64,000 nucleotides of DNA from Eledone cirrhosa (taxonomy: Eukaryota). Location of the stretch: assembly GCA_964016885.1 (NCBI GenBank), contig OZ024763.1:19716001-19780000 (forward strand), given 5' to 3'. Below the pieces are notes generated by a model. The model was not told the origin of the DNA and searched no databases. It worked only from the letters and a program-made list of their open reading frames with translations. Every line of letters starts with the position of its first letter. Within the stretch, counting starts at the first letter, position 1. Of the stretch, positions 60,868-64,000 are shown in pieces. A program made the translations under genes and the position numbers.

Positions 60868-62241
60868 TCAAAGAAAGCTGCCATACATTGCCAGACCCAG
60901 GAGAATGAGAAGAAAATTGGACGCAGCTCGTATTCCAAAGTTACCTGTGGAAGAGATTGAAAACAGAACTAATATTACTGTATTTCATGACAGTATTGTA
61001 TTGTAGTGTCAGTGTTAGGGACATAACTTAACCTAGGGTCTTATAGACATTTATGAGGGAGGTTTTGTAAATATAAACACATTAAAGCAAATAGTTTTGT
61101 ATCCTAGTGCCAGAATTAGGAACATAACTTAACATAGGTTCTTATAGAAATTTATCATGGAAGCTTTTTACATAAATATAATCACTTTAAAACAGTTTTG
61201 TATTGTAGGACCAGTGTTTGAAATATAACTTGTTCTAGGTTCTTATAGACATTTATGAGGGAAGTTTTGTAAATATAAACACTTTTAAAACAGTTTTGTA
61301 TCCTAGTGCCAGAGTTAGGAACATAACTTAACCTAGGTTCCTATACAAATTCTTTAGGAAGACTTTGAGATGAATATAAACAATTTAAAACAGTTTTGTA
61401 TTGTAGAACCAGTGTTGGGACTTAACATAGGTTCTTATAGAAATTTATGATGTTGGTGGTGACAGCAGATGATGGTGGTGATGGTAGAATGATGGTGATG
61501 GCAGATGGAGATGATGGTGGTGGTGATAATGATAATAATGAAGAGGAGTAATAAGAGAATTTAAAAAAGAAAAAGAAAAGATACTAACAGTTCTCGTTGA
61601 TATCCTTCATCAAATCCTTGTAGATGAGTGAATTTTTGTTTTCCTTGTTTTTAGGACACTGTTTAGAATTGCCTAGGTAACATTTTTTAATGTCACTAAC
61701 TTTTCTAGAAAAATAAACAAACAGGCAAACAAATACAAACATTGTTGAGGCTTCCAAAACGACCAAAAAAAAAAAAATAATTGTAGATAAAATACAGGAT
61801 GAGCCAAAAGTTCTGTTTCAAAGGTTAACCCTTTAGCATTTACATTACTGTATATATACTATTGTATTTTCACAGTAAACACTTTATATCACATAATTAT
61901 CTCACATAATATTGAATCTACGAGATTTTGATACTGTTTATTTTGAGAACAATACCTTAACATCAATATGAGTGACTGTTTACAGCCAGTTTGAACAGAA
62001 ATAGGTGAGGAAATTCTGGCCGGATATGGCCGGTTTAAATGCTAAAGGGTTAAACAATATATTTCAACCAAATCTGAATCAATTTACTTGAAAACTTGTA
62101 GACTAATTTTTAACATTTTCAGCAATGTTAGAACAAAAAATTATTCAGCCTTAAGTCTACCACTGTAAAAGTGATTTATTTAAAGTATTAGATTGAATAT
62201 TCAAGTGTCTTTTGTTGTTATGAAAACAGAAAAGGCTCTCT
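60868..62241 (-). CDS. 3' exons of a gene for a small Cys-containing, probably GPI-anchored or membrane-tailed protein (5'-partial)
   Basis: Minus-strand exons 62164(or 62161)-62241, 61589-61704 and 60868-60944 have pyrimidine tract + AG acceptors and matching phases. They give ...ESLFCFHNNKRHLNIQSNTLNKSLLQKVSDIKKCYLGNSKQCPKNKENKNSLIYKDLMKDINENCNFGIRAASNFLLILLGLAMYGSFL*, with a hydrophobic C-terminal tail. Confidence 0.65.
60995..61450. repeat. Intronic degenerate tandem repeat of about 90-100 bp, about 5 copies
   Basis: ttttgtattgtag..cagtgttaggaacataacttaacctaggttcttatagacattta recurs. Confidence 0.75.
61825..62053. mobile_element. piggyBac-type MITE (about 200-230 bp family)
   Basis: TTAA|ccctttagcattta ... 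taaatgctaaaggg|TTAA. Confidence 0.8.
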
Positions 62242-62383
62242 CTAGTGTTACAGAAGTATGGAGAAGGGGAGATGAGCTCAGGGTCTAGGGCAAGGTGGTA
62301 TTGGAGCTGAGCCCATGAACAGGACTGCAAAAGTATTCCCGTGGACAATGATCAGCAACATCCACTGCAACAATATAATAGTA

Positions 62384-63441
62384 CAGGGTGATTGAAAAGT
62401 AACTCCCTATTGAATGCTAAAAGGTACCTCACCATGTTGCAAGATGAAATCTGGCCAGTTATCAGTACTTGGGAGAATATTGAAGATTTGATTTAGCTAT
62501 TGTGAATGGCAAAGCATAAATGAATTGAGAGAGAGACTGAGCATAAGAGGAATCAAATGCTGTGTGCAGGAGAGGAGGTTGCGTTGGTATAGACATGTGA
62601 TGCGTATGAAGGATGACAGCTGCATAAAAAGGTGCAGAGCACTAGAAGTCGATGGAAGCCGCGGAGTGGGGAGACCCAAAAAGACCCGGACTGAAGTGAT
62701 AAAAGCCAACCTTACCTAATTGCACCTCTCAAAGGCGATGGCACACGACTGTGACCTCTGGCGCCACGCAATAATACAGAAGACCCGACTTCCCACGGGT
62801 ACAAGCCGAAGTTGAAGCATATAAACAATATGCCCCCACCCCCTCCCACTGTAAAGTGGACGTGTAGGCGCCACGGAAAAAAAAGCACGCAGCACTCACT
62901 GTAAATGAGATTGGTGTTAGGAAGGGCATCCAGCTGTAGAAATCAAGCCAGAATCAGTTCCTGTATGAGCAAGACAAGGTCAGCCGACCGGACACTGCCC
63001 ACAACAGGACAACCCATCTAACCCATGCTAGCATGGAAGAACGGATGTAAAACACTGATAATGTTCATGAATGGCTGAATACCCATTCCCTGGGAGATGG
63101 ATGGGTCGTTGTGGTCCGTATGAGTGGCCAGTCAGAAGCCCTGACTTAACACCCTGCGACTGTTTTCTTTGGGGCTGGTTAAAAGAGCAAGTCTACTCTA
63201 CCAAACCAAAGACTTTTGAAAACTTGAAGGGTGAATTCGAGAAGTTATGTCTTCCATCCCACAAGAGTTCCTAGTGAAATCAGTTGATGTGGTCCCCGGG
63301 TGGCTTGAGATGCTGGTGGCGAATGCTGGTGCCCATATTGAAATTTAAATAAAACTCCATGCTATACGCTTTCTTCTCATATTCATTTCTTGTAAAAATT
63401 TTAAGAATTTTAAAATAAGGGGTTACTTTTCAATCATCCTG
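62384..63441 (+). mobile_element. Tc1/mariner-superfamily DNA transposon remnant with nested RTE fragment and SINE tail
   Basis: TIRs cagggtgattgaaaagtaactcc / ggggttacttttcaatcatcctg flanked by TA. Transposase motif WPVRSPDLTPCDCFLWGWLKEQVY and C-terminal GAHIEI*. Insert at about 62495-63060. Confidence 0.88.
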
Positions 63442-64000
63442 TATATATAGAGTAATGTAAATGCTAAAAGGTTTAAGGTGTCAGCAAATGGTTGGGAAGC
63501 GAACTTCTTAACCACACTGCAATGAGTGTGTGTATGCATGCATAGTCCCGTAACTCCTGATGGAGTTGTAGGGGTACCACAGTGTCATACAGCATTTCTA
63601 GAGCATTTTTTAAAGGTTGGTGGACCTCATCTCTTCCCATGTATGAACACAGCAGATTTCTTCCAGAGAAGGATAGATAGTAAGAAAGAGATATAAAAGA
63701 AGAAACAATCACAGTACTTGACAGGTACTTTTTTTTTAGCGACCTGGAAAGGATAAGCGACAAAGTTAACCTCAGCAGGATTTGAACTCAGAGAGCCTGA
63801 ACAAATACCACAAAGCATTCTATCTGACATTCTAACGACACACAATTCCTCGGCTACTGTACCTATAATAAAAAAGAAGAGACTTATTCTTCTACTTTGC
63901 CCACATTCCTGGGGGCAGTGGGTCCTGTCAGAAGCAACCGCCCTAATTGATCCAGCTGGATCTCCCAAGCATGACCAGCCAAGCTCACGGATGTTATCCA

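Noticed and set aside
60790-60960. + strand acidic ORF, or a BRCT-like reading of the minus-strand exon
   Set aside because: Splice signals and the phase of the upstream exon support the minus-strand frame ending in the hydrophobic tail.
62161-62163. Junction TGA as selenocysteine
   Set aside because: No SECIS recognised; an alternative donor explains an open frame.

Overview
AT-rich, microsatellite-dense animal genomic DNA. The repeat content is consistent with a cephalopod such as an octopus (inference). It holds the 3' part of a + strand gene for a long coiled-coil protein: 15 phase-consistent GT-AG exons from 497 to 31381, about 998 aa, with the 5' end outside the window. It also holds the last three exons of a - strand gene (60868-62241) for a small Cys-containing protein ending in a GPI-signal-like hydrophobic tail. 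The rest is repeats: two decayed Penelope-like retroelements (PLEs), two large decayed RTE LINEs plus fragments, CR1/L2 remnants, two SINE families, a piggyBac-type MITE family, a Tc1/mariner remnant, a Tigger-like MITE, a foldback element with a GC-rich core, and mini- and microsatellites. The most striking signal is a dense set of minimal type-I hammerhead ribozyme motifs, about 12 copies from at least 7 sequence families. They sit in PLE terminal repeats, in a 516-nt retrozyme-like tandem, and in fold-back palindromes inserted in (TA)n tracts. One family shows compensatory stem-II changes and an identical fold-back point in two copies 49 kb apart. Most long ORFs in the supplied track are microsatellite artefacts. 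All calls were made by eye, without database searches.
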